Positions 51,668-64,000 of a stretch of DNA of 64,000 bases are shown in pieces; within the stretch, counting starts at the first letter, position 1, and each line of letters begins with the position of its first letter. The notes under the pieces were generated by a model. The model was not told the DNA's origin. It searched no databases and saw nothing but the letters and a program-made list of their open reading frames with translations. Origin of the DNA: Octopus vulgaris (Eukaryota); assembly GCA_951406725.2 (NCBI GenBank), contig OX597831.1, positions 992,001 to 1,056,000 of the forward strand, in the 5' to 3' direction. A program made the translations under genes and the position numbers.

Positions 51668-52746
51668 TGGAAGGTTTGGAGATGATGTACAGGTATTATA
51701 TATTAGAAGAAATGAGGTAATCAGAAGATCGGATGGTTCATATTTACAGATATTTATTTATATATTACATTTTTTACATATATATATCATATCATTCAGA
51801 TCATTAGCGCTTTCTCCCATTCTAGTGGGGTTTTCAAATCAAAATATATATATATATATATAGAATATATGTAGATGAAACGGTGCATCGTCTAAGAAAT
51901 TACAGGGTAAAAGTTTTTCAATTTTCTCCTGGTTTACGGAATTAATGTTATTTTGCGGTTAAAGCTTTTGCCGTTGGTGGCAAAAGAATTCTACAAAATT
52001 TTTTTGCCACCCTATATTGATTAAATATATATATATATATATATATAAACATAGATATATAAAATACACACAAACATATGTGAGTGTATGTGTGCACATG
52101 TGTGTGGGTGGGTCTGTGAGTCTGTTTACATCTTGCTTACGTTTATGAAAGTTAAGTTGCAATGTACAGGTGATATGATTGTTGCCAGTACTCTTCTTAG
52201 CAAATTATCTTCTCATTTTGCATCTTTAAAGCCTAATGGCATGAGGAATATAGCTTTATCTGCTTTGTGTTCCACAGTTAAAAATGATTTATTTCATGTC
52301 TCTCCAAGTTTCTCAATTTTTATGACATGGGCAGCATTTATTTGATTTTTTTTTTTTTTTTCATCAAATTACAAATGTACCATGACAATACCCACTGCAA
52401 AAATAGGTTAAACGTAATGATTTCCTACATAAAAACAAAGCTAGAACTGTTCCTCTGCCCTATTTAAGTGCAGTTAGTTGATGTGTGGGTTGTGGTGGGA
52501 GAGGGGACTAATCGACTGAAACAACCTCAATATATGCTTGGTGTTTAGTTTATCAACATCAGAGAAGCAAAAGAAATCACAGATCAGGTAAAATCTGAAC
52601 ACAAAAACATTGAACACTGAACACAAAAACATGAAAGGATCAAACTAAATATTACAAGATACTGAGTCAGAGAATGAGCAACTGTTTCTATTCTTCCACT
52701 GCTATTAAGTTAAAATACCAGTTATGTAATTAGGCATGAGACTTAA

Positions 52747-52969
52747 CCCTTTCATTACCATATTTCTATTGAAACATGCTGTTTTTATTTCAATTAATTT
52801 AAAAAATAATGAAGAATTTAGTAAAAAAAGTTTAGTCATTTTTAAGCTGGTATTAGGGACAGAAATTAACAAGAAATTTTGATTGAAGTTTTTAATTTAG
52901 ATTATTTTAACACAGGGATTTTGTATCATAGAATCAGGGTCCATCTCAGGTGGGTTGGTATCAAAAGGG
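52747..52969. mobile_element. piggyBac-type MITE, family 2 (also 60834-60968 partial and 60973-61195)
   Basis: TTAA on both flanks, termini CCCTTTCATTACC...GGTATCAAAAGGG. Confidence 0.85.
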
Positions 52970-53264
52970 TTAAGGCATGTATAGTTCAGTGACTGCAATG
53001 TCACTTCAAAAGCCTCAAGGTTAGAGCCCTAGCTGTAGCTACATTGTGAGTTGCAGAGTGTTTACCATCAAAATAGCCTGCTTACCATTCGTTACTGGTA
53101 ATTTCCACAGTGGACATCATTTCAGTGATTGTGACGGATTGTTTGGAATGGCTCAGTGGGTCAGCTATTTGACCGTTGGTCAGTGTGTTGTAAAGGGTCC
53201 AAGACCTGTGCAAAACAAACAGAAAAGAAGGGGAAAAATAAGTGTAAATCAAATAGTAATGCAT

Positions 53265-53750
53265 GTCATGGTATGGTAGATAAAGATAATTAACTGAATG
53301 GTATGGTATAGACAGGAATCAGGATACCACTGGATGACATGGTATAGTCTATGATATAGGAAAAACAGAATACCACTGACTGGTATGGTATGATACAGAA
53401 AGAACATAATACCACTGAGTGGTATTGCATGATGTAGAAAACAACAGAATACCATTAAGTGACATTGCATGATACAGAAAAGAAAAAAAAATCACTGAAT
53501 AGTATGGTAATGATATAGAAGACACAGAACACCACTGAATGATAAGGTGTGATATAGATAAAAAAAAAGATTACCAATGAATGGTATAAAAATAGACAGG
53601 ATACCACTGGTGGTATGCTATAATGAATAGGTCAGTTTTAATACGATACTGAATGGTATGTTTGATATTGGAAACTGAATAACACTGACTAGTGAATAAT
53701 AGATACCAAGCCAAATGCCATGCATCATACTGAATGGTATGATATGAAGC
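53265..53750. repeat. Degenerate minisatellite, about 39-40-bp unit with internal hairpin ATACCACTGAATGGTAT
   Basis: About 10-12 units; TACCACTGA recurs periodically. Confidence 0.85.
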
Positions 53751-54077
53751 AAGATTTACAATCAATCTAGTCCCCAAACAAAAATATAGAGATATCACAT
53801 ACTTATGAATGCCATAAACTATATTGCACAGATATTTGTGCTATGAAATATATTACACAGCTGTCAATGAAATTATAGTAATATCATATAGTTGTGTATA
53901 TCACATAATCTATTATAACACTGTCCAAACTTTAAAATTTGGTATATCACATAGATGGCAATAAAACTATAAAGATTTCACACACATGGTTGTCACAATA
54001 GAAAATATCTAATATACTGAGTGTGTGTGTGTGTGAGTCTCTATGTTTGTGAACACATATGTGCACACACACACTGA

Positions 54078-54161
<84 letters not shown>

Positions 54162-56003
54162 GGCTAGATAGACAAGCATAATCTGAGATGAATTAAGAAT
54201 TTTTACCTAAGGATATAACATCAGACGTCTTGTCATTAAACACCTACTCAAGGGACATAACATCAGATATCTTACCATAAAACACCTCATCTATGTATAG
54301 ATACAAGTATTTATGTGAATTTTCTAGACCCTGCCAACACACAGTCATTAAAATCATTTATTGCCACTTTCTCTTTCAGCTATTATTATCTATTCAAATC
54401 AGGGAAGTGGATTGGTAGGATTATTAGAGGTTCAGAAGAAATGCCTCACAGTATTTCTTTTGGTTCTTAATGTCCTGAGTTCAAATCCCACTGAGGTTAA
54501 CTTTGCCTTTCATCCTTTTGGAGTTGATAAAATGAAGTACAAGTCAAATAGCAAGTTGATGTAATCAAGTAATCTTCTCAAAATTGCTGGCCTTGTGCTA
54601 AATTAGAAACCATGATATGATTATATCAGATATTTATATCTGCTCGCCCAGTTTACAAACTTATTGCTACCGATATTTTTAGGTCAGGGAATCTTCCATG
54701 TCATCTCTCAACTTATTAGAAATAGCAGCAATATCTTTAAAAAATAGACTTTACTATTTTAAAAGCAGAAAAGGACACATTGGCAAATATAGTTAAAGAT
54801 ACAGTAACCCCCAACAAAAGTCATTTCTAGGTTTGCTCAATCAGTGCTGATGAAAGAAGGATGGGTTAGCAGGGATTTATTTTTTATTGCTCGGGGGGTG
54901 GGGGTGCAAAACATAGAGGGGACAGACAAAGGGATTAAGTCGATTACATCAACCCCAGTGCATAACTGGTTCTTATTTAATCAACCCCAAAATGATGAAA
55001 GGCAAAGTCAACTCGGCAGAATTTGAACTCAGAATGTAACGGCAGATGAAATGCCTATTTCTTTACTACCCACAAGGGGCTAAACACAGAGAGGAAAAAC
55101 AAGGACAGACAAACGGATTATGTCGATTATATTGACACCAGTGCGTAACTGGTACTTATTTAATCGACCCCGAAAGGATGAAAGGCAAAGTCAACCTCGG
55201 CGGAATTTGAACTCAGAAAGTAACGTCAGATGAAATACCACTAAGCATTTCGCCAGCTTGCCACCTTTTTCTGTACTTGGGAAGGTAGGGATTGTTCACT
55301 CCTCAACAATATGAACCCATATAAGCACAGGCATGGCTGTGTTGCTAACAAGTTTGCTTTACAGCCACATGGATTTGGGTTCAATCCCACTGCATGACTA
55401 CTTACGGAAGTGTCTTGTATTATTGCCCCGAAATGGCTCAGTCCTTGTGAGTGTATTTGGTATACTTATACACATACACACATGAAATATTTAACGTACA
55501 CAATGTTAATATTAAAATAAGAGCTACTAATAGTTTCTTGTCATGGAAACACTGTAATCGAGCAGATTTACATAATGTGCATTGTGCCTCCAGGCAATCA
55601 TCGGGCTCAGGGAACATGGTTAATTCTTTTTGAAAACCAGGACACAGACGTGTATGTATGTATGTATGTGTATGTATATATATATATATATATATATATC
55701 ACCTGATCACGTGACCGACCAGGCTATCAGATGTTGCTACACATCGCTGATCACAATGCACTTCGCATTGTTTTAGCCTTGAAATGACGCCACCCCACTG
55801 GCTAAGCGAGCAGGCCAACAGAAGAAAGAGTGAGAGAAAGTTGCGGTGAAAGAGTACAGCAGGGATCGCCACCACCCCATACCGGAGCCTCGTGGAGCTT
55901 TAGGTGTTTTCGCTCAATAAACACTCACAATGCCCGGTCTGGGAATCGAAACTGCGATCCTACGACCGCGAGTCCACTGCCCTAACCACTGGGCCATATA
56001 TAC

Positions 56004-56050
<47 letters not shown>

Positions 56051-56700
56051 TACATATATATATATATATAGGGCAAGTGTCTTCTATGATAGGTAGAGGG
56101 CAATGAAAACCTTCTGAGAAAATTTGATAAATGGAAACTGAAAGAACCCATTGTATATATGTATTAGCATGTGTGTGTATATATGTGTGTGAGAGAGTGG
56201 GTGTAAGTGTGTGTATGCTTGTGTCTGCTTGTCTTGATATCACATGCTAGCTGTAAATAAGTGTCACTGTCATACAAGCAATGTCATTCATTTCGAATGA
56301 AGAGAAAACACACCTGAGAAGACATGTTTGGTCATGAAGAAATATTAACTTTACATGGAAGCAGGTGGAGGCTGGTAACAGAGTGGGTGCCTGAATGTAG
56401 AAAATCTGCGTCAACAAATTGTCTAACCCATGCAAGTACAGAAAAGTGGAAGTTAAAATGATGATAACAATGGTGATGGTGTATGCACATATCACACACA
56501 CACACACACACACACACGCGCGTGTGTGCACATGCATGCACATACTAGTTACTCAAGGCTGAGGTTCCACTTCATTCCTATTCTTAGCTTCACAATTCTG
56601 AATAAAGACAGTAAATAGAATCCACTGATTCCAATAAAAGGATAAACTACATACATACATACATACATATCAAAATAAGCAACAAGGATATCCAGAGGTA

Positions 56701-56789
56701 ATGCAGTACGATCGTTTCATGCAACTCCATTTAATTGAACAGTGCAATCACTACATCAATTTAAAATGCAGAGCAATCTTCAGCTGCAC
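56701..56789 (-). ncRNA. Type I hammerhead ribozyme (Penelope-type)
   Basis: GUGCAG-CUGAAGA-[UUGC...GCAU]-GAAAC-GAUC-GUA-CUGCAU: 6-bp stem I, long paired stem II, palindromic loop 3. Confidence 0.8.
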
Positions 56790-56826
56790 AAAGACAACGA
56801 ATTTAATTAAATTAGAACAGATGGAC

Positions 56827-56874
<48 letters not shown>

Positions 56875-56877
<3 letters not shown>

Positions 56878-56930
56878 GGTGTCCCAAAAAAATGTATACA
56901 AGGTGTGTATACATTTTTGGGGACACCCTG
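56875..56930. mobile_element. 56-bp Tc1/mariner mini-MITE consisting almost only of two TIRs
   Basis: CAGGGTGTCCCAAAAAAATGTATACA / TGTATACATTTTTGGGGACACCCTG within (TA)n. Confidence 0.85.
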
Positions 56931-56936
56931 TATATA

Positions 56937-56968
<32 letters not shown>

Positions 56969-58759
56969 GATATATATATCTTTTATCTTTTACTTGTTTC
57001 AGTCATTAGACTGTGGCCATGCTGGGGCACCACCTTGAATTTTTTAGTTGAATGAATTGACCCCAGTACTTATTTTTTAAGCCTGGTACTTATTCTATCA
57101 GTGTCTTTTGCTGAACCGCTAAGTTACAGGGACGTAAACACACCAACAGTGATGGGGGGGGGGGGGTTAAAAACAGAGACACAACGACACATACTCACAC
57201 ACACACATACACACATATATATATATGATGGGCTTCTTTCATTTTCCATCTACCAAATTCATTCACAAAACTTTGGTTGGCCTAAGACACTTGCCCAAGG
57301 TGCCATGCGGAACCATGTGGTTGGGGAATAAGCTTCTTACCACACAGCCATTCCTGTGCCTCTCTCTCTATATATGCACATATTACACACATATGTATGT
57401 ATGTATAAACATCACCTCCACATCCCATTTATAAATCCGAATGTGTGTGTGTGTATAACAATTACACAGTGAAAGAGCTATGATAGCCATTTAAAATCCA
57501 CATATACTGTCATAGTTATATTCACTTTTGTTTTATTTTGTGATGGCATTATGTACCAAAGAGTGTCAAAATACATGAAAATACAAGACAAAACAAATGA
57601 AGTCTATTTATACTTCATCTTAAGACCTGGTCACTGACACATTTCCACTACAGCATAAATAAATAATGTTAAAGGACAAAAAAAAAAATCAATATTATTA
57701 TATGTGGAAATATATGGAAAACAAGCAAAACAAAACACAAAGAGATAGAAGTAAAGGAACAAAAAAAAAAGAAGAAAAAGTAGTAAAAGACTGATATAAA
57801 TTCCATTAGTAAGAATCATTTGCAAATTGTCGTGAAAGTCAAATGGAATTTATATATCTCTTAAGTGTATTAGAAAGTAAAAATATCAACTTGGAGTCAA
57901 TGGAAAATCTGTGAGATTTCTACAAAGCGAGTGTAAAATGGCAGTAGAAGAGCTGAATTAAGCAGGCAGTAGCATTTCCTGATTAATGTGAAGTTATCCC
58001 CGACGAATTACGAATAATATTTTTGATAAAAGAGAAGCGTAAGAAATAATCCATAGCCTTCTTCAGTAATGAACATGGAGAAAGCAAGTGCACAGATAGC
58101 AAGGGGAAGATTAGGGCGAGATAACGTTGGAAAAGAGTGAAATCTTTAAGTCAATTCCTTGAAAGTCTATATCTGTGGAATTATATGTGCATGCTGTTGC
58201 TGCTGTTGTTGTTTAGCTCAGGTTACCCCAGATTGAGCAGAACATTGATAAAAGACATTCTGGCCATGACCATCACATTATCCATTATGTTCTTTTCTTT
58301 TTCAAGATGATAGGGTGGACAGAGATTTGGATACTGCTTTTAGCAGATCAAATGGCTGCTAAGACTCCCTTACACGTATGTATTTTTGTGGGAGAGGGGG
58401 CTAGTAAGGAAATGCAAGGAAGAGAGAGAGAGGGATAAGGAGAGAGGAGAAGAGAGATGATAGCAAAAGAAGAGAGGGGAGAGAAAGGAGGGAGAGATTT
58501 AGTTTACTAGTTTGGTCTGGAAGAAGAGACTGTATCACTAGCTTTTGTAAGATTTCCAAAATTGGTAAGATTAATAATGTCAATCTTCTGCTTCAACAGC
58601 AGCAAGTTGGCAGCTACTGAAAAACATGTGGACAGAGGGAATCCTAGCAAGTTGATGTTGTGGGAAGAAAGGACTAGGTATTGTGATTAATTCAGGGCTG
58701 GGGAGGGGCATTATGAGAGTGATGGGAACAAGTGAGATGATAGAGTTTAGGAAGTGCTG

Positions 58760-59640
58760 AAGTGGAAGTAGCTCAAGAGACCAGCCAGCGCCAAGGAGCA
58801 GAGGCTACTCTAGTAGTTGTAGAAAAGGCAGAGAGAGGACACAGCATGTCTGTAGTCCAGAGATTGGAGTACATTATTTGTAAGCAACTTTGTACCAAAT
58901 TGATGGGTCTGTGTGTCTAGCAGCAGCAGCAGTAGCAGCACTGTTCCAGATATCAGAACAGTACACCATTGTGTATCTCATTTGAGATGTACAGAGAATT
59001 AACAGTTGTTGATGGTTGAAATACTTTCCGGCTCTCAAAAGGATGGCCACTTTCTGAGATAGAGCTTTGCTATGATAATGATGTACATTAACCAGGAAAG
59101 ATTTTCAGTGATGGTTAAGTCTGGCATTTGAAGTGATTGTGAAGGTTCTAGTTGTATGCTGTTTATGTTTAGTGGGATGGCAGAAGTGATAACGGTAAAG
59201 TATTTACATCGTTTTACTGTTAAAAGGGATGAAATTGGTATAACCCCATTGGAAGCTGTTTTTGAAATTTCTGTTCATCAAATCAGTGCAGTTTTGGATG
59301 ACGATTGGATAGAGATGGTTTCAGACATGAAGAATGTTAAGGTCTGCATAAGAGTGGGTGTTGTTGAAGGCGATGGCAAGTAGGTCATTGATGTACAAGA
59401 AGAAGAACCCTGGGGTACACCAAAGTTGATAGAATGTGGGTCAGAGATAGCTTAATCAGCACATGCTGCAATTATATGGTATGGTTGGAAGCCACCAACC
59501 CAAAAGATGAGAGATGAAAGGAGGCCATATGCAATCAGTTTTGAGATTTGTATGTCAAACATAGCTGAAAGCTTTGCTGATGTTTTCACTAAATCTCTTG
59601 AGGGTAAGAACCAACTGGTGAGTGGCATAGGGTTCTAGTA
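58760..59640 (-). mobile_element. Decayed L2/Crack-like LINE reverse transcriptase fragment
   Basis: Minus strand GVPQGS...FLYINDLL at about 59420-59378, and a downstream LY.SQMR..MVYCSDIW-like motif. Confidence 0.7.
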
Positions 59641-60229
59641 GATCTGGCTCTATAAAAACAGTACTATTGGATATTATTTTCTTTTCAAGCATTTTCCACT
59701 TTCATTGGTGTCTTATTGACTTTATTATTTTTGTTATTGCTGTCATTGTTTTATAGTGTTTATTTGCAGAGTGAAGGTTGGGTGGCTTAGTGGTTAAAAT
59801 ATTTGGCTCACGATCTTAAGGTTTTTATTCCCCGACTATGTAGTGCATTGTAACTTTGAGCAAAGGCCTTTATTTCACATTACTCTAGTATACTCAGCTG
59901 AAGAAGTGTAACAACCAAATGCTGATGCAGTTCTCTCTTCCTCCAGTTTCCACATTCTGAATGTTCTTTCTACTGGATGAAGAGTCGGGGGGTTGAGAGA
60001 ATATCTAAGTCTACTTGTGACTACAAAGACACCTAAAACAATTAGTGAAAACAGGGTCTGTGCTACCAAGCCATACTTATTGTGAGTGACGCCTGGACTT
60101 TTGTTGATAGTGATGAATCCATAATTAAGCCAAAAGAAATTTCAACCATTAACTTATAGAGAATAATGACTGGGTGGTAGGGAAATATCGAGGGACATGT
60201 TCTAAATGGAAAACAATTAGTAAAGTCAT

Positions 60230-60402
60230 GGCTAATAATGTAGTGAGCCAAGAAATTTTAATTAATTAAAACTCTATACATAGTGGGGGGGGGGGGTGAA
60301 TCCATTAGCTTAATGATTAATTTCGATCAAGAAGGATAAGGGAGATAACCTCAAAATATTCATTAATTAAAATGAATTAAAAGTAGAATGTGGACATGCA
60401 GC

Positions 60403-60443
<41 letters not shown>

Positions 60444-60740
60444 GTGAGAGAGAGAGAGAGAGGGAGAGAGAGAGGGAGAAAGAGAGAGTTATGTATGTCC
60501 ATCCAGATCTGTCTCAATGCTAGCCAAATATCAGGACACCCTCTTCTTGCTGCATACTTGCACTCTATTTTTAATTAATTTAAATCCGTTATAATACCAG
60601 GGTTACCTCCCTTACCTCTTTTAACCAGAATTAATTATTAAGCTAATGGGTTTCTGTTTTTTCTCCTTACAACTACTTCAACAGGTGTAATTTTAATTAA
60701 CTAAATTTTCTTCAGATTTTACATTAAGTACGTTAGCACT
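60230..60740. repeat. Old inverted repeat with arms of about 180 bp around a GATA/GA microsatellite spacer
   Basis: CCATTAGCTTAATGATTAATT...TAAGGGAGATAACC...ATGCAGCAA is mirrored by TTGCTGCAT...GGTTACCTCCCTTA...AATTAATTATTAAGCTAATGG. Confidence 0.75.
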
Positions 60741-60763
60741 TACTTCACAAAAGAAAAAGGTGT

Positions 60764-60805
<42 letters not shown>

Positions 60806-61427
60806 TCATATACATATAATGGACACTGCTTAACCCTTTCATTGCCAGATTTCTGATGAAATACACTGCCATTGTTTCAATTAATTTTGAAAATAAAAAA
60901 GGATTTAATAAAATAACATTGTCATTATTAATCTGAAGTTTTGATGGACAGTTTCAATTTAGATTACTTTAACCCTTTTGTTACCATACATCTGTTGAAA
61001 TGAATGCACTGCTTTGGTTTAAAATAACTTTGAAAATAACGAAGAATTTAGTAAAATAACTTTGCCATTAATCTGGTGTTTGGAACATAAATTAACATTA
61101 TATTTTGATGAAAGCTTTTAATTTAAATCACTTTAAAAGAGGAAGCTTGTATCATACAACTCGGAGCAGTCTCAAGGGGGCTGACATCAAAAGAGTTAAT
61201 ACAACCATGGATAATGTTATCAAATGGTTATTATTATCAAAATCAGTGGTGCCAAGGCACATTCAGTATATATCTCAGTATATCTAGTGCTTAATGTTAT
61301 CACCTGTTTATTTCTATCCAAAAGGTTTTGTTTCAAAGTGATCACAATAAAGTACCTTCCCATGTATATATACATACATACATATATATATATACATACA
61401 TATATATATACATACATATATATATAT

Positions 61428-61462
<35 letters not shown>

Positions 61463-61848
61463 CTAGCAGTATCGCCCGGCGTTGCTCAGGTTTGTAAGGG
61501 AAATAACTATAAAGCATTTTCAGAGAGTTATAGCCAAAAAATAGCAAAAAAATGGGAAAAAATGATGGTAAATTTTTTTTTTGAGATTTAAAAATGGTGG
61601 AGTTGCATCCCCTAGACAGTTTGTGGTTCATGTTTCTGATTCTCGACCCCATGTCGAATTTATCGATTTTTTTCAGAACTGGGGGAACTTTTCAAAATTT
61701 TCGCTGCGTTAGTTTTGAATTATGACATTGGGCTATGTGTGTGTCAAGTTTCATCAGAATCGGTTGAAAGCCATGGTCAGGGTGAGGGTACGAGAAAACA
61801 GACACACAGAAACACGCACAGACAAACTGCCGTTTATATAGAGAGAGA
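61463..61848 (-). mobile_element. Non-autonomous Helitron (386 bp)
   Basis: Minus strand starts TC and ends CTAG, is inserted between A and T, and has a GC-rich subterminal hairpin (CCCGGCGTTGCTCAGG on +). Confidence 0.8.
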
Positions 61849-61891
61849 TATATAAATATATCTTACAATTTATTATATATGTGTGTGCATG

Positions 61892-61946
<55 letters not shown>

Positions 61947-63492
61947 ATGTGGAGGTGCAATGGCCCAGTGGTTAGGGCAGCAGATTCGCGGTTGTAGGAT
62001 TGTGGTTTTGATTCCCAGACCCGGCATTGTGAGTGTTTATTGAGCAAAAACACCTAAAGTTCCATGAGGCTCTGGCTGGGGATGGTGGCGAACCCTGCTG
62101 TACTCTTTCACCACGACTTTCTCTCACTCTTTCTTCCTGTTTCTGTTGTACCTGTACTTCAAAGGGCCAGCCTTGCCACACTCTGTTTAACACTGAATCT
62201 CCCCGAGAACTACATTAAGGGTACATGTGTCTGTGGAGTGCTCAGCCACTTGCACGTTAATTTCATGAGCAGGCTGTTCCGCTGATCGGATCAACTGGAA
62301 CCCTCGTCGTTGCGTTTGACAGAGTGCCACGTATGTATGTATATATATATATATTTGCACATATGAGATACAAAGAGATATATGATTATTGTGGCTTATA
62401 TGCCAAATGTTACAACATAGATACTAGAATATAGACACAATGGCATACACACATACACACACACACATCTTTTATGAATTAATATGCAACATGCTGTAAT
62501 ACAGTTGCCAGAATATAGAAACACAGGTCAACGCACATGCACACACACACACACATGTATGTATTGACATATTCTTCAATAGTATTTTGAGGTCAAGATA
62601 GATGTTGTTGTTGTTGTTGTGGTAGTGGCTGTGGTGTGTGGTAGTGGCTGTGGTGTGTGGTCGTTGTTGATGTCATCTGGTTTTAGAACTAGTTGCTTCT
62701 GTCAGAAGTTGGTAACTGAAGCATTGAGATGAAGTAACTATATTGATTGCTCCCTGCTCGATATAGCAAACAGCAGCCCACGCCACCACCCACCAACCAA
62801 CCAACCAACCAGTTTCCTCCCACTCTATGGAATCCACTTCTGTTCTGCTGTAAATGCCTGTATCTCTGTGAACTTCTGAAGGAACACTGAAGCTATATTA
62901 ATGTCAACAGTCCTAGATAGAGGTGGTGGTAGTAGGAGTGGTAATTTTAGATGTTGTTACTGTTGCTGTCATGTAGCTTTGGGTCAACCCAAAGAACTGG
63001 TAGTCCTATCACCAAGAGTGTTCCAATTGTGACCATCCTGTCTTTTTAGGAGAATGTAAAACTACATTAGTTAATGTGTTCTTTCCCTAATTTAAGATAT
63101 GAGTACTAGTTGAAGGAGATTTGATTGTTATTTCTAGCAGGCTCGCAAACCAATGAGGTTCTCTCATTGGCTTGATCTATTTCAAAAAATATTTACATTT
63201 GATCTGTTATTTATTGCTGTCAGTTAGATACAACTGCACTGAATTATGGCAGATTAAGTGGACTACATTGAAACATTTGTAGTTTGATTTGAACCCAGAA
63301 GAGACTAATTAAAATGTATTGGCGAGTGAAGGCTTCTCTATGTCATCTGTAGCCTTATATGAGTTATGGTTTAGAATATGCATGTGTATCCATATACATA
63401 CTATCTCAAAATGTGGGCAGTAAACTTAATATGTCACTCAATTTCTTATATCACCATTGTGGTCCTGTTGCAAGCAATGCACACATATGCGT

Positions 63493-63870
63493 GGAGGCGC
63501 AATGGCCCAGTGGTTAGGGCAGCGGACTCGCGGTCATAGGATCGCGGTTTCGATTTCCAGACCGGGCGTTGTGAGTGTTTATTGAGCGAAAACACCTAAA
63601 GCTCCACGAGGCTCCGGCAGGGGATGGTGGTGATCCCTGCTGTACTCTTTCACCACAACTTTCTTTCACTCTTACTTCCTGTTTCTGTTGTACCTGTATT
63701 TCAAAGGGCCGGCCTTGTCACTCTCTGTGTCACGCTGAATATCCCTGAGAACTACGTTAAGGGTACACGTGTCTGTGGAGTGCTCAGCCACTTACACGTT
63801 AATTTCACGAGCAGGCTGTTCCGTTGATTCGGATCAACCGGAACCCTCGTCGTTGTAACCTACGGAGTGC
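63493..63870 (+). mobile_element. SINE family A, tail type 2 (also 61951-62330 +; older relative 18410-18705 -)
   Basis: Same tRNA-like head as tail type 1, diverging after CTCACTCTT.CTTC into CTGTTTCTGTTGTACC...GGAACCCTCGTCGT. Confidence 0.9.
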
Positions 63871-64000
63871 TTCCATCCACACATATGCATATTCCAAACC
63901 ATTGTCCACATAAGGCTACTGAACAGACAGAAACATCTTCACTCACCAATAGATATGTTTGTTGATGAAAATTTCCTCTCTTTCTCCCGGTTCTGGAGGC

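Noticed and set aside
53265-53750. CRISPR array
   Set aside because: Eukaryotic context, degenerate repeats, mutually homologous spacers and no cas genes.
63493-63570. tRNA-Arg gene (and similar heads elsewhere)
   Set aside because: Box A and B are present, but there is no proper acceptor stem and the sequence continues into a SINE body in every copy.

Overview
AT-rich, microsatellite-saturated metazoan DNA, most likely an octopus (coleoid cephalopod). That assignment is an inference from the tRNA-derived SINE families and the repeat landscape. Only one host coding exon is well supported: minus strand 8570-8472 (GCC-ATG-G start, 33 codons, CAG|GTAAGT donor), in a CpG-rich patch. The remaining ~55 kb is upstream or intronic DNA packed with mobile elements: three tRNA-head SINE families with interchangeable tails, fragments of RTE, R4/Dong, CR1, L2/Crack and Penelope-like (GIY-YIG) retroelements, a full-length decayed hAT transposon, several MITEs, a Helitron, a Helentron-type element and four tandem arrays. 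The most notable signals are RNA-structural. There are two near-complete type I hammerhead ribozymes (56701-56789 and 32865-32987, both minus strand) plus degenerate relatives. There is also an abundant ~200-bp SINE-like family (about 15 copies) that has no tRNA head and whose 5' end folds like an HDV-type ribozyme. All folds were read by eye and none is tested. Nearly all ORFs in the supplied track are microsatellite artefacts.
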